Below are positions 50,682 to 61,002 of a stretch of 64,000 bases of DNA, piece by piece. Source of the DNA: an uncultured Solirubrobacteraceae bacterium (GTDB lineage: Bacteria > Actinomycetota > Thermoleophilia > Solirubrobacterales > Solirubrobacteraceae). The number at the start of each line of letters is the position of its first letter. The stretch's first letter is position 1. A program made the position numbers and the translations under genes. The DNA lies in the NCBI GenBank assembly GCA_963846255.1, contig CAWJVE010000001.1, forward strand, positions 2,659 to 66,658. The letters are read 5' to 3'. The notes beneath the pieces are model-generated. The model was not told the origin of the DNA. It saw nothing but the letters and a program-made list of their open reading frames with translations, and searched no databases.

Positions 50682-51128
50682 TCAAGCCTCCCCGGGACCG
50701 CTGAGGTCGTGCAGGGCGCGGACGCGGTCCTGCTCGCCCTCCGGGACGCGCCCGTCGCGCCCCACATATCCGTCCTTGCCGCCGGCGCACAGGTACACGG
50801 CATCGCCGTCACCCACGTTGCGGATCTGGCGCACCGTGGCGGCGTCCACGCGCGCCAGGCCGCCGTCGCCGAGGCTGATCGTGGTGCCGTCGCCGAAGAC
50901 CATCTCGATCTCGCCCCGGTGGACGAAGTACAGCTCCTCCTGGGCGTCGTGGTAGTGGAAGCCCGTTTCCATACCGGCCGGCAGGACGAGTGCGTTCACG
51001 CCGAAGGCGTTGACGTCGAGTGCCCGGCGGACCTTGCGAAAGCCGGGCCCGTCGCCGAGGTCCTCCAGCCCGCACGCGGCCCAGCCCTCGCCCCGCTTGA
51101 CGGCGGGGTAGTCGTTTGACGCCTCCAT
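50682..51128 (-). CDS. Cupin domain protein
   Basis: FGVN, HYHDAQEELYFVHRG. Confidence 0.85.
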   Translation of the reverse strand: MEASNDYPAVKRGEGWAACGLEDLGDGPGFRKVRRALDVNAFGVNALVLPAGMETGFHYHDAQEELYFVHRGEIEMVFGDGTTISLGDGGLARVDAATVRQIRNVGDGDAVYLCAGGKDGYVGRDGRVPEGEQDRVRALHDLSGPGEA

Positions 51129-51142
51129 CTGCCCTCCTCGGT

Positions 51143-51490
51143 CTAGTGGTCGGCCACCCGGCCCCCGTCGGGGGCCAGCGCGCGGCCCTCATGGGACCAG
51201 CGCAGCAGCCCGCCGGCCATGGAGTATGCCTCGAAGCCCGAGGCCCGGAAGGCCTGCGCCGCCATCAGCGAGCGGGATCCCACGCGGCAGTAGAAGATCA
51301 CCGGCCGATCCTGCTGCAGCGTGCCCGCCTCGGAGCTGAGCGCCGTCAACGCGATCAGGCGCGTGTCGGGGATGTGGCCGGCCTCGTGCTCGTAGGGCTC
51401 ACGCACGTCGATGAGCTGCAGCTCGGGGTCCTGGGCCAGCCTTTCGGCCACGGCCGATGGCTCCAGTTCGATGTCGTTCCCAGCGCTCAT
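51143..51490 (-). CDS. Single-domain rhodanese
   Basis: IDVREPYE..GHIP, YCRVGSRS, GGLLRW. Confidence 0.9.
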   Translation of the reverse strand: MSAGNDIELEPSAVAERLAQDPELQLIDVREPYEHEAGHIPDTRLIALTALSSEAGTLQQDRPVIFYCRVGSRSLMAAQAFRASGFEAYSMAGGLLRWSHEGRALAPDGGRVADH

Positions 51491-51608
51491 GTGCGCCCGA
51501 GGCTAGCGGGCGGGCGGGCCCTTCGGGGGCCGTTTGCGGGAGCCGCAAGGCCGCCGGCGGGCGGTGGGCGCGGCGGCGAGGTCTTGCCACTAGGATCAAT
51601 GAACTGGC

Positions 51609-52754
51609 ATGCAGGCGGTGGGCGACCTCTACACGATCCCCCAGGAGAATCTCGACTTCTGCGCGATGATCGGCCAGCTTGCGCGCGAGCGGATCGCGCC
51701 GCGCTCGGCCGAGATCGATGAGCGGGCCGAATACCCCTGGGACATCCGCAAGCTGCTCTCCGAGCAGGACGTGCTGGGGCTGCCCTTCCCGGTCGAGTAC
51801 GGGGGCACCGGCACCGGCACGCTGATGCTCAACATGGGCGTCGAGGAGCTCGCCAAGGTCGACGCCTCGTGTGCGCTGATCCTGATGGTCCAGGAGCTGG
51901 GCACGTTGCCGCTCCAGCTCTACGGCTCCGAGGAGCTGAAGGAGCGCTGGCTGCCGCGGTGTGCCAGCGGCGAGCTGTCCCCGGCCTTCGCGCTGAGCGA
52001 GCCCGAGGCCGGCTCCGACCCCGCCGGCATGAAGACGACGGCCGTCAAGGACGGGTCCGAATGGGTCATCAACGGGACCAAGAACTGGATCTCGAACCTC
52101 GGGATCGCCGACTTCTACATCACCTTCGCCGTCACCGACCGCGAGCAGCGGCGGATGAGCGCCTTCCTGGTCGAGGCCGACCGCCCCGGCTTCAGCGTCG
52201 GCAAGCTCGAGCACAAGCTCGGGATCCGGGCCTCGCCCACCGGCCAGCCGATCTACGAGGACGTGCGGGTCCCGGAGGAGAACATGATCGGCGAGCTCGG
52301 CAGGGGTCTGTCGGTGGCGCTCGGAACGCTCGAACGCACCCGTCTGGGAGCCGCCGCCCAGGCCGTCGGGATCGCCCAGGGGGCGACCGACTACGCCGTC
52401 GGCTACGCGCGCGAGCGGCGCCAGTTCGGCCAGCCGATCAACGAGTTCCAGGGCATCCAGTTCAAGCTCGCGGACATGGAAACCAGCACCGCCGCGGCCC
52501 GCGAGCTGCTGTACAAGGCCTGCGCGATGGCCGACCAGGGCCACCCTCAGCGCGGCAAGTACTCATCGATGGCGAAGGTGTTCTGCTCGGACACGGCGAT
52601 GGCGGTGACGGTCGAGGCCGTGCAGGTGCTCGGTGGCTACGGTTACGTCAAGGAGTACCCCGTCGAGCGGATGATGCGGGACGCCAAGATCACCCAGATC
52701 TACGAGGGCACGAACGAGATCCAGCGGCTCGTGATCGCCCGTACGCTCAAATAG
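51609..52754 (+). CDS. Acyl-CoA dehydrogenase
   Basis: FALSEPEAGSD, INGTKNWISN, RRQFG, GGYGY, IYEGTNEIQR. Confidence 0.95.
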   Translation: MQAVGDLYTIPQENLDFCAMIGQLARERIAPRSAEIDERAEYPWDIRKLLSEQDVLGLPFPVEYGGTGTGTLMLNMGVEELAKVDASCALILMVQELGTLPLQLYGSEELKERWLPRCASGELSPAFALSEPEAGSDPAGMKTTAVKDGSEWVINGTKNWISNLGIADFYITFAVTDREQRRMSAFLVEADRPGFSVGKLEHKLGIRASPTGQPIYEDVRVPEENMIGELGRGLSVALGTLERTRLGAAAQAVGIAQGATDYAVGYARERRQFGQPINEFQGIQFKLADMETSTAAARELLYKACAMADQGHPQRGKYSSMAKVFCSDTAMAVTVEAVQVLGGYGYVKEYPVERMMRDAKITQIYEGTNEIQRLVIARTLK

Positions 52755-52768
52755 CTCGTCACGCTCCG

Positions 52769-53420
52769 ATGCGCTCTTCCAAGCCACCAAGTCCCACGAG
52801 CCCGTTCAGGCGCGTGGGGGTGGCCGCGATCATCGCCATGTCCGTTGGCCTGGTCGTTATCGTGGTTGGCCAGGGGTTCAGCTCGATCGGCGTCGTGCGG
52901 GCACTCGAGGACATCGCCCTGGGCGTGTTGCTGGCGGCCGTGCTGATGGGGGCGGTGGCGTTCGTGGCGGTGAGGATGGCCGGCTGGCGCGACCCGGAGT
53001 CGGAGATCGGAGTTCGACGAAATCGTGCGCAACGCCGAGCTGCTGGCCCGCCAAGGCCTGGCCGTGGACCCGGACGAAAACGAGTTCATGGAGCTCGACC
53101 CGCTCGACGACCGCGACTTCGAAGAGCTTGTGCGTGACGCCCTCGACGATCTCCCCGACCTGCTGCGCAACGCGCTCGCGCACGTCGCGGTCGTGATCTC
53201 CGACGGTGGCCGCCGGCAGGGCGCCTACGGCCTCTACGAAGGCGACGGCGCGACCCGCGACCATCACCACGACCGGATCGTGATCTTCCGTGACACGCTG
53301 CGGCGGGACTTCGGGCACGACCCCGAACTGCTGCGCGACCAGGTCACGCGCACCGTGCGCCATGAGCTCGCCCATCACGTGGGCTTCGACGAGCTCGGCG
53401 TCAGTCGCTTGGACCTGTGA
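52769..53420 (+). CDS. Zincin-like metallopeptidase (DUF1025) with two N-terminal TM helices (frameshift near 53008)
   Basis: FEELVRDALDDLP, YGLYEG, DRIVIFR, TVRHELAHHVG; hydrophobic N-terminus in the upstream frame. Confidence 0.75.
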
Positions 53421-54433
53421 GCAGCGAGCGGCGTGCCGGTACGCCGCCGGTGCACGCCGACGGCCCCGGGGAGCTCCCCGGCCGGCTCCCGGACTTCTTC
53501 ATCGCCGGCCACCAGAAGTGCGGGACGACGGCGCTGTACCTGATGCTCGGCGCCCACCCGCAGATCTTCCTGCCCGCGGTCAAGGAGCCCCGCTACTTCG
53601 CCACCGATCTGCGCTCCACGAGAGCCCGCTCGAGGCCCCCGGGTCAGCCCCCGACGCTCGAGCAGTACGCCGCGCTGTTCGCTGCCGCCGCCCCCGGGCA
53701 GGTCGCCGGCGAGGGCTCCCCGGTGTACCTGCGCTCGCGCGCGGCCCCGGCGGCGATCGCCGAGGTCGTCCCCGGGGCGAAGATCATCGCCATCCTGCGC
53801 GAGCCCGCCAGCTTCCTACGCTCCTTCCACCTGCAGATGGTCTCCAGCGGAGTCGAGAGCGAGCGCGACTTCGCGAAGGCCCTCGCGCTCGAGCCCGAAC
53901 GCCGCCGCGGGCGGCGCATCCCGCGTGGCTCGTATAACCCGGCCTCGCTGATGTACTCCGAACACGTGCGCTACGCCGAGCAGCTGCGCCGTTTCCACGA
54001 CTACTTCTCGGCCGAGCAGGTGCTGGTGCTGATCTACGAGGAGTTCCGCGCCGACAACCAGGCCACGCTGCGCACGGTGCTGCGTTTCCTGGAGGTGGAC
54101 CCGGACCAACGCCTCGCCCAGGTCGACACGCGCGCGGTGAAGGCGGTGCGCTCGAGCCTGCTGCACCGCGTCACCGCGGAAATGCGCCGAGCACGCAAAA
54201 ACCCGGCTGGGGCGGGGCGCCTGGCGCGCGCTGCCGACGCGGCACTGCCCGAGCGTCTGCGCCCGCCTGCCGTACGAGCGGGGTGGCGGCGGCTCGTATA
54301 CGCGCCCTCGAAGCCCGCCGACCCGAAGCTGATGCGCGAGCTGCGCAGGCGCTTCAAGCCCGAGGTGCAGGCGGCGGGCGAGTACTTGGGCCGGGACCTC
54401 GTGTCGCTCTGGGGATACGAGGACATCGACTAG
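53417..54433 (+). CDS. Sulfotransferase paralog G (outside the main cluster)
   Basis: LPDFFIAGHQKCGTT, KEPRYF, GEGSPVY, LREPASFLRS, WGY. Confidence 0.93.
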   Translation: MSSERRAGTPPVHADGPGELPGRLPDFFIAGHQKCGTTALYLMLGAHPQIFLPAVKEPRYFATDLRSTRARSRPPGQPPTLEQYAALFAAAAPGQVAGEGSPVYLRSRAAPAAIAEVVPGAKIIAILREPASFLRSFHLQMVSSGVESERDFAKALALEPERRRGRRIPRGSYNPASLMYSEHVRYAEQLRRFHDYFSAEQVLVLIYEEFRADNQATLRTVLRFLEVDPDQRLAQVDTRAVKAVRSSLLHRVTAEMRRARKNPAGAGRLARAADAALPERLRPPAVRAGWRRLVYAPSKPADPKLMRELRRRFKPEVQAAGEYLGRDLVSLWGYEDID

Positions 54434-54474
54434 GCTGCCGCCAACGGATCCCAACGCGAAGGAGAGCGCCGCAC

Positions 54475-55665
54475 ATGCCTGAAGCAGTGATCGTCGATGC
54501 CATCCGCACGCCCATCGGGCGGGCGGTAAAGGGCTCGCTCAAGAGCGTCCGTGCCGACGACCTGGCGGCGATTCCACTGAAGGCCCTGATCGAGCGCAAC
54601 CCCAGCCTCGAGCCGGGCTCGATCACCGACATCATGATGGGCTGCGGCTTTTGCGAGGGCGAGCAGGGTAACAACGTCGGGCGCGTCGCGGGACTGCTTT
54701 CGGGGATCGACCACCACGTCCCAGCCTGCACGGTCAACCGCTTCTGCGCCTCCTCGCTGCAGACCACCAGGATGGCCCTGCACGCGATCAACGCCGGCGA
54801 GGGGGACACCTACATCGCCGCCGGCGTGGAGGCCGTCTCGCGTGCCGTCCAGGGCGGCCAGTTCGAGTTCAACCACGCCGTCGACGGCTCCGAGGGCTCC
54901 GCCTACAACGTCTACATCCCGATGGGCCTGACCGCCGAGAACGTCGCCGAGCGCTGCAAGGTCAGCCGCGAGTCCCAGGACGAATGGGCCGTGATCAGCC
55001 AGTCACGCGCCGTCGAGGCCGTCAACAGCGGGCACTTCGAGAAGGAGATCGTGCCCGTGACCGTGCCGGCCCATCGCGAGACCGACAAGGAGGGCAATGA
55101 GGTCGAGGTGCCCGAGACGGTCGTCAGCCGCGACGACGGTCCCCGCGCCGGGACCACGCTAGAGAAGCTCGCGCAGCTCAAGCCCGTGTTCAAGCCGGAC
55201 GGTTCGGTCACGGCCGGCAACGCCTGCCCGCTCAACGACGGCGCTGCGGCGCTGCTGATCATGTCCGAAGAACGCGCCGAAGCGGGGGGCTTCAAGCCCC
55301 GCGCGCGCATCATCGCCTCCTCGGTGGCCGCGATCCGCCCGGAGATCATGGGCCTCGGGCCGATCCCGGCGATCCAGAAGCTGCTCGCCGACACGGGCAA
55401 GACGATCGACGACATCGACATCGTCGAGATCAACGAGGCGTTCGCCGCCCAGATCGTGCCCTGCAAAGAGGAGCTCGGCATCTCCGACGAGCAGCTGAAC
55501 CCCTTCGGCGGAGCGATCGCGCTCGGTCACCCGTTCGGAATGACGGGCGCCCGCATCATGACCACGCTGCTCAACGACCTCGAGACGAGCGGCGGGACCT
55601 TCGGCATCGAGTCGATGTGCGTGGCCGGCGGGATGGGCATGGCGATGCTCGTCGAACGCCTGTAG
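54475..55665 (+). CDS. Acetyl-CoA C-acyltransferase (thiolase)
   Basis: NRFCASS, NEAFA, GGAIALGHPFG, CVAGGMG. Confidence 0.95.
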   Translation: MPEAVIVDAIRTPIGRAVKGSLKSVRADDLAAIPLKALIERNPSLEPGSITDIMMGCGFCEGEQGNNVGRVAGLLSGIDHHVPACTVNRFCASSLQTTRMALHAINAGEGDTYIAAGVEAVSRAVQGGQFEFNHAVDGSEGSAYNVYIPMGLTAENVAERCKVSRESQDEWAVISQSRAVEAVNSGHFEKEIVPVTVPAHRETDKEGNEVEVPETVVSRDDGPRAGTTLEKLAQLKPVFKPDGSVTAGNACPLNDGAAALLIMSEERAEAGGFKPRARIIASSVAAIRPEIMGLGPIPAIQKLLADTGKTIDDIDIVEINEAFAAQIVPCKEELGISDEQLNPFGGAIALGHPFGMTGARIMTTLLNDLETSGGTFGIESMCVAGGMGMAMLVERL

Positions 55666-55752
55666 CCGGCGGGGCCTGCTCCCGCGACGGCGTGCCCGGC
55701 GGCTCCGGCCGTCGGGTGGCCGGCTCCGTGGTGACGCGCTGGGGGTAACGCT

Positions 55753-56511
55753 TCAGCGCGGCGGCATCCGCAGTGCGCCGTCGAGCCGGATCGTCTCGCC
55801 GTTGAGCATCCGGTTCTCGACGATGTGGCAGGCCAGCTCCGCGTACTCGGAGGGCGACCCAAGGCGCTGCGGATAGGGGACACCGGCGCCCAGCTTCTGA
55901 CGGGCCTCCTCGGGCAGCGCACCCAGCAGGGGGGTGTCGAACAGCCCGGGAGCGATCGTGTTGACGCGAATGCCGTACTGGGAGAGGTCCCGTGCCGCCG
56001 GCAGGGTCATCCCCACGACGCCGCCCTTGGAGGCCGAGTAGGCGATCTGGCCGACCTGCCCGTCGAAGGCCGCGATCGAGGCGGTGTTGACGCATACCCC
56101 GCGTTCGCCGTCCTCCAAGGGATCGGTGCCGAGCATCGCGGTGGCGGCGTAGCGGAGCACGTTGAAGGTGCCGATCAGGTTGATCGAGATGATCGTCTCG
56201 AACGGCAGCAGCGGGTGGGGGCCCTTCGAGGAGGCCACCTTCTGGGCCCACCCCGTGCCGGCGCAGCAGACCGCTATGCGCAGCGGGCCGCCACTGGCCG
56301 CCGCGGCCACGGCAGCCTCGACCTGGCCCTCCTCACGCACGTCGCAGGACACGAACGGTGAGCCGAGCTCAGAGGCCAGTTGCTCGCCCTTCTCGGCATT
56401 GACGTCGGCGATCGTGACCTTCGCGCCGCGCTCGCGCAGCGCGCGCACGGTCGCCTCGCCGAGTCCCGAGGCGCCGCCGACGACGATCGCGCTGCTGTCC
56501 TCGACGTCCAT
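55753..56511 (-). CDS. SDR oxidoreductase, 3-hydroxyacyl-CoA dehydrogenase type 2-like
   Basis: [27 protein letters not shown]. Confidence 0.93.
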   Translation of the reverse strand: MDVEDSSAIVVGGASGLGEATVRALRERGAKVTIADVNAEKGEQLASELGSPFVSCDVREEGQVEAAVAAAASGGPLRIAVCCAGTGWAQKVASSKGPHPLLPFETIISINLIGTFNVLRYAATAMLGTDPLEDGERGVCVNTASIAAFDGQVGQIAYSASKGGVVGMTLPAARDLSQYGIRVNTIAPGLFDTPLLGALPEEARQKLGAGVPYPQRLGSPSEYAELACHIVENRMLNGETIRLDGALRMPPR

Positions 56512-56572
56512 GAGGGCGGCAGCCTACATGTCCTGGACGCCGCGGCGTCGTCGGGCAGTATCGTCCCGTGCC

Positions 56573-57421
56573 GTGCGCCGCGCGCTGAATGATGCATTCC
56601 TGGCGGTCGTCTCGTGGCTGAACGAGCGCCGCCTGCCACGGCGGATCGCAGCCATGCAGCACCGCAACCGCTTCGTGCGCGCCGTCTGGACGCGCGCCTC
56701 GGGCGCCTTCCGCTGGCGGCCGGTGACGATCCTCTCCGGGCCCGCACGCGGTATGCGCATCAACCTCCACGGTTCCGCCGTCGCGTTCGCGACGGGGACG
56801 GCCGAGCGGCGCCTGCAGAGCGCGCTGACGCGCGAGTTGCGCCCTGGCGCGACCTTCTTCGACATCGGTGCGAACGTGGGCTTCATGACCCTGATCGCCG
56901 CGCGGCTGGTCGGGCCGAGCGGGCGGGTGCTGGCGTTCGAGCCGGTGCCCGCCAACGCGGCGGCCATCCGGGAAAACATGGCGCTCAACGGAATCGACTG
57001 GGTCGAGGTCCATGAGACCGCGATCGCGGGCAGCACGGGCCGCGCCAGCCTGATCATCTCCGACGTGTCGGCCTTCTCGCGCCTGGCCGCCGTCAACGTC
57101 CCGACGGGCGCTCGCGAGTCGATCGAGGTGGCGGTGACCTCGATCGACGAGTTCCTGGCCGACGGCGCCCACCCGCCGCCGGACGTCGTCAAGATCGACG
57201 TCGAGGGGGCAGAGCTCGAGGTCATCGAGGGTATGCGCCGCACGCTCGCACAGCACCACCCGGTGCTGCTGTGCGAGGTCCACGACCTTTACGCCGAGTA
57301 CGTGGAGCTGATGAGCAGCCTCGCGTATGAGACCGTCGACCTCGACGCCGACGCGCCCGGTGAGGAGGGCGGGCGCAACGCCCACATGCTCGCCCGGCCA
57401 CGGTCGGCGATGGCCGCCTAG
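56573..57421 (+). CDS. FkbM-family methyltransferase
   Basis: FDIGANVG, LAFEP, VKIDVEGAE. Confidence 0.88.
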   Translation: MRRALNDAFLAVVSWLNERRLPRRIAAMQHRNRFVRAVWTRASGAFRWRPVTILSGPARGMRINLHGSAVAFATGTAERRLQSALTRELRPGATFFDIGANVGFMTLIAARLVGPSGRVLAFEPVPANAAAIRENMALNGIDWVEVHETAIAGSTGRASLIISDVSAFSRLAAVNVPTGARESIEVAVTSIDEFLADGAHPPPDVVKIDVEGAELEVIEGMRRTLAQHHPVLLCEVHDLYAEYVELMSSLAYETVDLDADAPGEEGGRNAHMLARPRSAMAA

Positions 57422-57439
57422 TTCCTCCCCAGCCGCGGC

Positions 57440-58465
57440 TCAGAGCGCCGGGGGGAGCTGCGCGCGGGGGCGCGAGAGCGTGAGCGCGAAGCGCTCCTGG
57501 GGGTCGGTGAACCAGCCGGCGAGCTCGAGCCCGGCCGCCGCGAGATCGCCCTCGATGCGCTCGGGGGTGAACTTGGCGCTGATCTCGGTGCGCAGCTCCT
57601 CGCCCTCGTCGAAGTGGACGGTCATGTTGAGGGCGCCGACACGGGAGGTGAGCTCGCGGCGGGCCCGCAGGCGCATCTCGATCCACTCCTGTTCGCGGTC
57701 GAAAAGCGCCACGTGGTCGAAGTCGGCGGGGTCGAACTCGGCCTGCAGCTCGCGGTTGAGCACATGCAGGACGTTGCGGTTGAACTCGGCCGTGATCCCC
57801 TGGGAGTCGTCGTAGGCGGCCTGCAGCGTGCCGGCGTCCTTGACCAGGTCGGTCCCCAGCAGCAGGTGGTCGCCGTCGCCCAGCAGGCGCGCGATCTCGC
57901 GCAGCACCCGTCGCCGTGAGCCGGGCGGGAAGTTGCCGATCGTGCCTCCCAGGAAGGCCACGATGCGCGGGCCGGCCGCGGGTGGGACGTGACGCAGGTG
58001 GCGCTCGAAGTCGCCGATCACCCCGTGCACGCGCAGGCCGGGGTACTCCTCGACGAGGCTTTCGGCGCAGCTGTGGACCATGCTCTCGGTCACGTCTACC
58101 GGGATGTAGCGCTCGAGCGTGCCCGCCGCCTGCAGGGCGTCCAGCAGCACGCGCGTCTTGGCGGCGGTCCCTGAGCCGAGCTCGACGAGCTCGCGTGCAC
58201 CCGTGAGCTCGGCCAGCTCCTCGGCGCGCTCCTCGAGGATCTCTCGCTCGGCGCGGGTGGGGTAGTACTCGGGCAGCTCGCAGATGCGGTCGAACAGCTC
58301 GGCCCCGCGGGCGTCGTAGAGGTGCTTCGGCGGCAGCTCCTTGAACGGACGGGTGAGGCCGTCGAGCACGTCCTCCGCCAGCGTCCGCTGCTCGGCCTCG
58401 TCGAGATGGCGGTCGATCCGGATCGGATCCTCGACGAGCACTTCCTGCGGTGGTGGTTGCATCAT
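57440..58465 (-). CDS. egtD: L-histidine N-alpha-methyltransferase
   Basis: KELPPKHLYD, LPEYYPTRAE, ELGSG, FLGGTIGN, AYDDSQGITAEFN, TEISAKF. Confidence 0.93.
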   Translation of the reverse strand: MMQPPPQEVLVEDPIRIDRHLDEAEQRTLAEDVLDGLTRPFKELPPKHLYDARGAELFDRICELPEYYPTRAEREILEERAEELAELTGARELVELGSGTAAKTRVLLDALQAAGTLERYIPVDVTESMVHSCAESLVEEYPGLRVHGVIGDFERHLRHVPPAAGPRIVAFLGGTIGNFPPGSRRRVLREIARLLGDGDHLLLGTDLVKDAGTLQAAYDDSQGITAEFNRNVLHVLNRELQAEFDPADFDHVALFDREQEWIEMRLRARRELTSRVGALNMTVHFDEGEELRTEISAKFTPERIEGDLAAAGLELAGWFTDPQERFALTLSRPRAQLPPAL

Positions 58466-59592
58466 GCCTCCCGTGCCAGGCGCACGCCAGCGAAGATCTG
58501 GCGCCGCAGTGGTAGGTCCCAGTTGCGGAACGTGGTGCTCGCCACCCGCGGGTGGGTGGCCCAGGAACCGCCACGCAGGACGCGGTAGTCGCGTCCGAAG
58601 AAGACTTCCGAGTACTCGCGGTAGGGGTAGGCGCGGAACCCGGGGTAAGGGCCGAAGATCGACGCGGTCCACTCCCACACGTGCCCGCGGCCGCCGAGCA
58701 CCGGCTCCGCCCGCTGGGTCGAGGTCGCGGCCCTCTCCCACTCGGCCTCCGACGGCAGGCGCGCCTCGTGGGCGCGCGCGAAGGCCTCGGCCTCGAACCA
58801 GGAGACGTGGCAGACGGGGGCGTCCGGCGCGCCCTCTGCCACGGCTCGGTGATGGGTGATGTCGAACTCCTCCTTCCAGGCCCAGCCCTCGTCCGACCAC
58901 CACTCTCGCCGGACGTAGCCGCCGCCCTCGCTGAAGTGCATCCAGCTGGCGTTGCTGACGGGCACCCGGGCGATGCTGAAGGCCGCCACGAACACCTCGT
59001 GGCGGGGACGCTCGTTGTCATAGGAGAAGCCCTCCCCGGCAGCCCCCATCTGGAAGCTGCCCGCCGCCACCGTGCTCCAGCCCGGGCGCTCGGAGGGGAT
59101 GCCCGCCGGGGGCTCGCCCGCCGGCAGCAGCCCGGCGATCGCCATCGTCTGGCGCATCGTCTCGCAGTGCTGGAGCTCGTGCCGCAGGACCATCTCGCAG
59201 ATCACGCCGTCGCCGGTGCCCGTCCGCTGCAGCACCTCGACCGTGCGTTCGCGCACCGCCCGCATGTAGGCCCGCGCCTGATCGGTGTTCAGCAGCTCGG
59301 CGTCGGCTCGCGCGGCACGGGGGGTCTCGAAGGCGTCGTAGGTGCTCGCGAGCTCCGGGCGAAGCAGCTCTCCGCCGCCGTGGCGGTGGCCGATCCAGAG
59401 GTCCTCGTAGGCGGCGATGTGCGCCAGGTCCCAGACCAGCGGGCTCATGATCGGCGAGTGCACCTTCGCCAGCTGCTCCTCGCTGGCGCCGCTGACGAGC
59501 GCAAGCGTCTGCTGGCGCGCCTGCTCAAGCGCGGCGAGCATCGGCTCCGCGTCGTTGACGGTGGGATGGGCGGTCAGCGCGTGGACTGCCAT
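58462..59592 (-). CDS. egtB: Ergothioneine biosynthesis sulfoxide synthase (DinB plus FGE-like domains)
   Basis: MSPLVWDLAH, HELQHCETM, DNERPRH, RLPSEAEWE, YREYSEVFF; coupled to egtD. Confidence 0.88.
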   Translation of the reverse strand: MAVHALTAHPTVNDAEPMLAALEQARQQTLALVSGASEEQLAKVHSPIMSPLVWDLAHIAAYEDLWIGHRHGGGELLRPELASTYDAFETPRAARADAELLNTDQARAYMRAVRERTVEVLQRTGTGDGVICEMVLRHELQHCETMRQTMAIAGLLPAGEPPAGIPSERPGWSTVAAGSFQMGAAGEGFSYDNERPRHEVFVAAFSIARVPVSNASWMHFSEGGGYVRREWWSDEGWAWKEEFDITHHRAVAEGAPDAPVCHVSWFEAEAFARAHEARLPSEAEWERAATSTQRAEPVLGGRGHVWEWTASIFGPYPGFRAYPYREYSEVFFGRDYRVLRGGSWATHPRVASTTFRNWDLPLRRQIFAGVRLAREA

Positions 59593-59631
59593 GACTCGCT
59601 GGCGCCCCACTCTATTGGGAAAGTCATCCCG

Positions 59632-60264
59632 TCAGGGGGTCGCGTGCCAGCCGCCGGTGTCGTTCCAGCTCGAGATGACCGCCGTGTCGTGCTCGTGGCC
59701 GAGCGTGCAGAGAGCGCCGGTGGACAGCGCCAGGCGCCCGCCCTCGGCGGCGGCGAGGGCGATCCAGCGCGCCCCCAGCACGCGCAGCATGTGCCCGTGG
59801 GAGAAGACCGCGGCCGGGCCGGGCTCGCGGGCGAGGGTGGCGATCACACGGTCCGCACGAGCTCCCACCTGGTCGGGCAGCTCGCCCCCCGGGCAGCCGT
59901 CCCGCCACAGCACCCAGTCCGGCCTGCGCTCCTGGATCTCCCTCGAGGTCAGGCCCTCGTAGTCGCCGTAGTCCCACTCCAGCAGGTCCTCGTCGGGCCT
60001 CGCCTGCTCACCCAGGCCGCACAGCTCGCACGTTTCCCGCGCGCGCAGGGAGGGGCTCGACGAGCACGAGCCCGAAGTCGAAACCCGCCAGCCGCCCCGC
60101 GAGGCTGCGCGCAGCCGCCCGCCCGGCATCGGTGAGGGGGATGTCGGTGCGCCCGGTGTGGCGCCCGGAGAGGCTCCACTCGGTCTCCGCGTGGCGCACG
60201 AGCAGCGCCGCCAAGGGCGCTCCCAGGGGCGGCGGGAGGGGGCGGGGCTCGCCGCCGCGCTCAT
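59632..60264 (-). CDS. Histidine phosphatase family protein (frameshifted)
   Basis: [31 protein letters not shown]. Confidence 0.85.
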   Translation of the reverse strand: MSAAASPAPSRRPWERPWRRCSCATRRPSGASPGATPGAPTSPSPMPGGRLRAASRGGWRVSTSGSCSSSPSLRARETCELCGLGEQARPDEDLLEWDYGDYEGLTSREIQERRPDWVLWRDGCPGGELPDQVGARADRVIATLAREPGPAAVFSHGHMLRVLGARWIALAAAEGGRLALSTGALCTLGHEHDTAVISSWNDTGGWHATP

Positions 60265-60983
60265 CCCTGGTTCGGCGCCGGCGGGGCGGCGGCGTCGTCG
60301 CTGATGACCGTCAGGCGCTCTCGGCGCAGCAGGCTGGCGGGCACGCTGGCGCTTGGCTCTCCCAGCATCGCGGCGAGCGCGTCCGACTTCGAGGCGCCGA
60401 TCGCCACCAGCAGACAGCCGCGGGCGGCCCGCAACACCGGCAGGCTCAGCGAGATCCGCTGCGGCGGCGGCTTGGGCGAGTCCTCGACGCCGAGGCACAG
60501 GGCCCGCTCCTCGGTGAGCGCGGCCGAGCCCGGGAACAGCGACGCGACGTGCCCGTCGGGACCGATCCCCAGCAGCACAAGGTCGAGTGTCACCATCCCA
60601 TCCGGACCCGCCCCCAGGCGCTCGCGCAGCTCGCTCTCGTATTGCTCCGCCCCGGCGGCGGGGCCGAGCTCGCCCCGCATTCGATGCACCAGTCGCCCCG
60701 CGATCCCGGCCGGTTCGAGCAGCGTCTCCTCCACCAGCCGGTAGTTGCTCTCGGGGTCATCGGGCGCCACGCAGCGCTCGTCGGCGAACCACAGCTCGGT
60801 CTCCGCCAGCGCCTGCGGGTCCTCGCCGAGCAGGCGGTAGGTGCGTTCGGGCGTGCCCCCTCCGCTGAGCGCCACGTGGGCCACGCCGCGCTCGGCCCGC
60901 GCCTGCTCGACCACGCGGCGCACGTGGGCGGCGGCCCGGGTCGCGACCGAGTCGGCGTCGGGACAGCTCGTCAGGCGGGTCAT
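60261..60983 (-). CDS. pgl: 6-phosphogluconolactonase
   Basis: [40 protein letters not shown]. Confidence 0.93.
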   Translation of the reverse strand: MTRLTSCPDADSVATRAAAHVRRVVEQARAERGVAHVALSGGGTPERTYRLLGEDPQALAETELWFADERCVAPDDPESNYRLVEETLLEPAGIAGRLVHRMRGELGPAAGAEQYESELRERLGAGPDGMVTLDLVLLGIGPDGHVASLFPGSAALTEERALCLGVEDSPKPPPQRISLSLPVLRAARGCLLVAIGASKSDALAAMLGEPSASVPASLLRRERLTVISDDAAAPPAPNQG

Positions 60984-61002
60984 GCTCTGCGGGCCGTCAC
61001 TC

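Noticed and set aside
51143-51490. Rhodanese as anaerobic ergothioneine enzyme EanB
   Set aside because: It is a single 115-aa generic domain, whereas EanB is a much larger multidomain protein.
58462-59592. FGE-domain protein as the activator of the sulfatase, or as selenoneine synthase SenA
   Set aside because: It has the DinB His ligands and is coupled to egtD. It lacks the FGE catalytic Cys pair, and no selD or senB is nearby.
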